From assembly GCA_965226495.1 (NCBI GenBank), contig OZ245365.1, positions 5,632,001 through 5,696,000 of the forward strand: a stretch of DNA of 64,000 nucleotides. Reading direction: 5' to 3'. Numbering within the stretch: the first letter of the stretch is position 1; each line of letters opens with the position of its first letter. Below the pieces are notes generated by a model that was not told where the DNA came from, did not search any database, and saw only the letters and a list, made by a program, of their open reading frames with translations. Of this stretch, positions 63,090 to 64,000 are shown piece by piece. A program made the position numbers and the translations under genes. The DNA is from Candidatus Marinacidobacterales bacterium (GTDB lineage Bacteria; Acidobacteriota; Vicinamibacteria; Marinacidobacterales; DATDRI01).

Positions 63090-63456
63090 GTGACGAGAGC
63101 CTTTCGGCCAGCTCGTCGAGCCGCTCGCGCTCCGGGTGACGGAACCGCGATTTGATCTCCACCATTTCTCGCCAGACGCCGAAGACCTCGTGTTTGTGCC
63201 CCAGCAAAGGGTAACGGTCGAAATGGTCCACGACGGGAAGGAGCTCGTTATGGCGGCTGACACGGTAGTAAAGTCCCCCGGGCGAGACCGGATAAATCCG
63301 ACCCCCACCCCAATAGCTCTGAAGGTCCTCCAGAATGACTCGGTCCCGCTCGGGAAGACGGAGGGAGAAGTAGACCGAGATGTTGCCGGCGCTGCGGCTA
63401 AAGGTGAAAGAGCCGCTCGCGTCGGCGAGTCCGGTGACGTATTCGGGGGCTAGCAT
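63046..63456 (-). CDS. Free-standing single-motif LAGLIDADG-fold protein, probably nuclease-dead
   Basis: YVTGLADASGSF helix, D..IL..LQSYWGGGRI, YYRVS, VVDHFDRYPLLGHK..F..W pattern of LAGLIDADG_1. Confidence 0.85.
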   Translation of the reverse strand: MLAPEYVTGLADASGSFTFSRSAGNISVYFSLRLPERDRVILEDLQSYWGGGRIYPVSPGGLYYRVSRHNELLPVVDHFDRYPLLGHKHEVFGVWREMVEIKSRFRHPERERLDELAERLSSLTSSRAPRRRPATP

Positions 63457-63498
63457 CGTCTATAAGTTCGGGGCACCTGAAACTGTTTATATCAGAAC

Positions 63499-63514
63499 TG
63501 TTTCACGTGCAACA
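63499..63514. promoter_or_regulatory. parS centromere-like site
   Basis: TGTTTCACGTGCAACA, one mismatch to TGTTTCACGTGAAACA, upstream of parA. Confidence 0.85.
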
Positions 63515-63607
63515 TCCGTGACTGCTCAGCTAGTGGGTGGCACGAGTTGACACGACAAGGTTTCCTGCGGGGATGGGCGTTCATGCTATGCTGTGTCCTT
63601 CCGTCTT

Positions 63608-64000
63608 ATGGGCAGAATTGTCGCAATAGCTAACCAAAAGGGCGGTGTCGGAAAGACCACCACCGCGATCAACCTGGGGTCGTCCCTCGCCGCGGCCGAG
63701 GTCAGCACGCTCGTCGTGGATGTGGATCCCCAAGCAAACCTGACGAGTGGGTTAGGGCTTAGGCCGAAATCCCAAAACGGGACCATCTACGATGCTCTCA
63801 TCGGGGACAAACCGGTCACGAGCTTGATCGTGGACACGTCGCTCGAACACCTGAAAGCGATCACGTCTGAACGCAATTTGACCGGGGCGGAAATCGAATT
63901 GGTGGGCGAGTCGCGCCGCGAATTTCGACTCAAGGATGTCCTGGCGCCGATCGTCTCGGATTTTGACTATGTGCTCATCGACTGTCCTCCTTCGCTGGGG
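63608..64000 (+). CDS. parA: ParA/Soj ATPase, truncated by the window end (not in the ORF track)
   Basis: MGRIVAIANQKGGVGKTTTAINL..DVDPQANLTSGLG..DYVLIDCPPSLG. Confidence 0.96.
   Translation, partial: MGRIVAIANQKGGVGKTTTAINLGSSLAAAEVSTLVVDVDPQANLTSGLGLRPKSQNGTIYDALIGDKPVTSLIVDTSLEHLKAITSERNLTGAEIELVGESRREFRLKDVLAPIVSDFDYVLIDCPPSLG

Overview
GC-rich bacterial chromosome segment that includes the replication origin. Gene content is suggestive of Acidobacteriota, but that is inference. Right end: gyrA-gyrB-dnaN-oriC-dnaA, then rpmH-rnpA-yidD-yidC-jag-rsmG, a free-standing LAGLIDADG ORF, a parS site and partial parA. Middle: a surface-glycan locus with two NeuB-type synthases, two cytidylyltransferases, three GT-C-like membrane proteins, GT2/GT4/GT9, a flippase, two epimerases and a DegT aminotransferase. 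It is interleaved with a ClpC-type ATPase, a sulfatase-like protein and pfkA, and followed by TPR-yvcK(glmR)-glmU-glmS-uvrD. Left: a ~7.9 kb accessory island between diverged copies of the rhomboid/mutT junction. Main candidates for novelty: (1) a GlmU whose uridylyltransferase domain has lost its catalytic motifs in frame, directly downstream of yvcK/glmR, a family with reported uridylyltransferase activity, suggesting a split UDP-GlcNAc pathway; (2) a ~50-bp intergenic repeat family (7 copies at 5 loci) with a covarying terminal stem, always in the same orientation relative to transcription; (3) an apparently nuclease-dead LAGLIDADG protein divergent from parA across parS; (4) the integrase-free island. 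Several genes carry 1-nt frameshifts or in-frame stops, many of which may be assembly errors. All alignments were done by eye.
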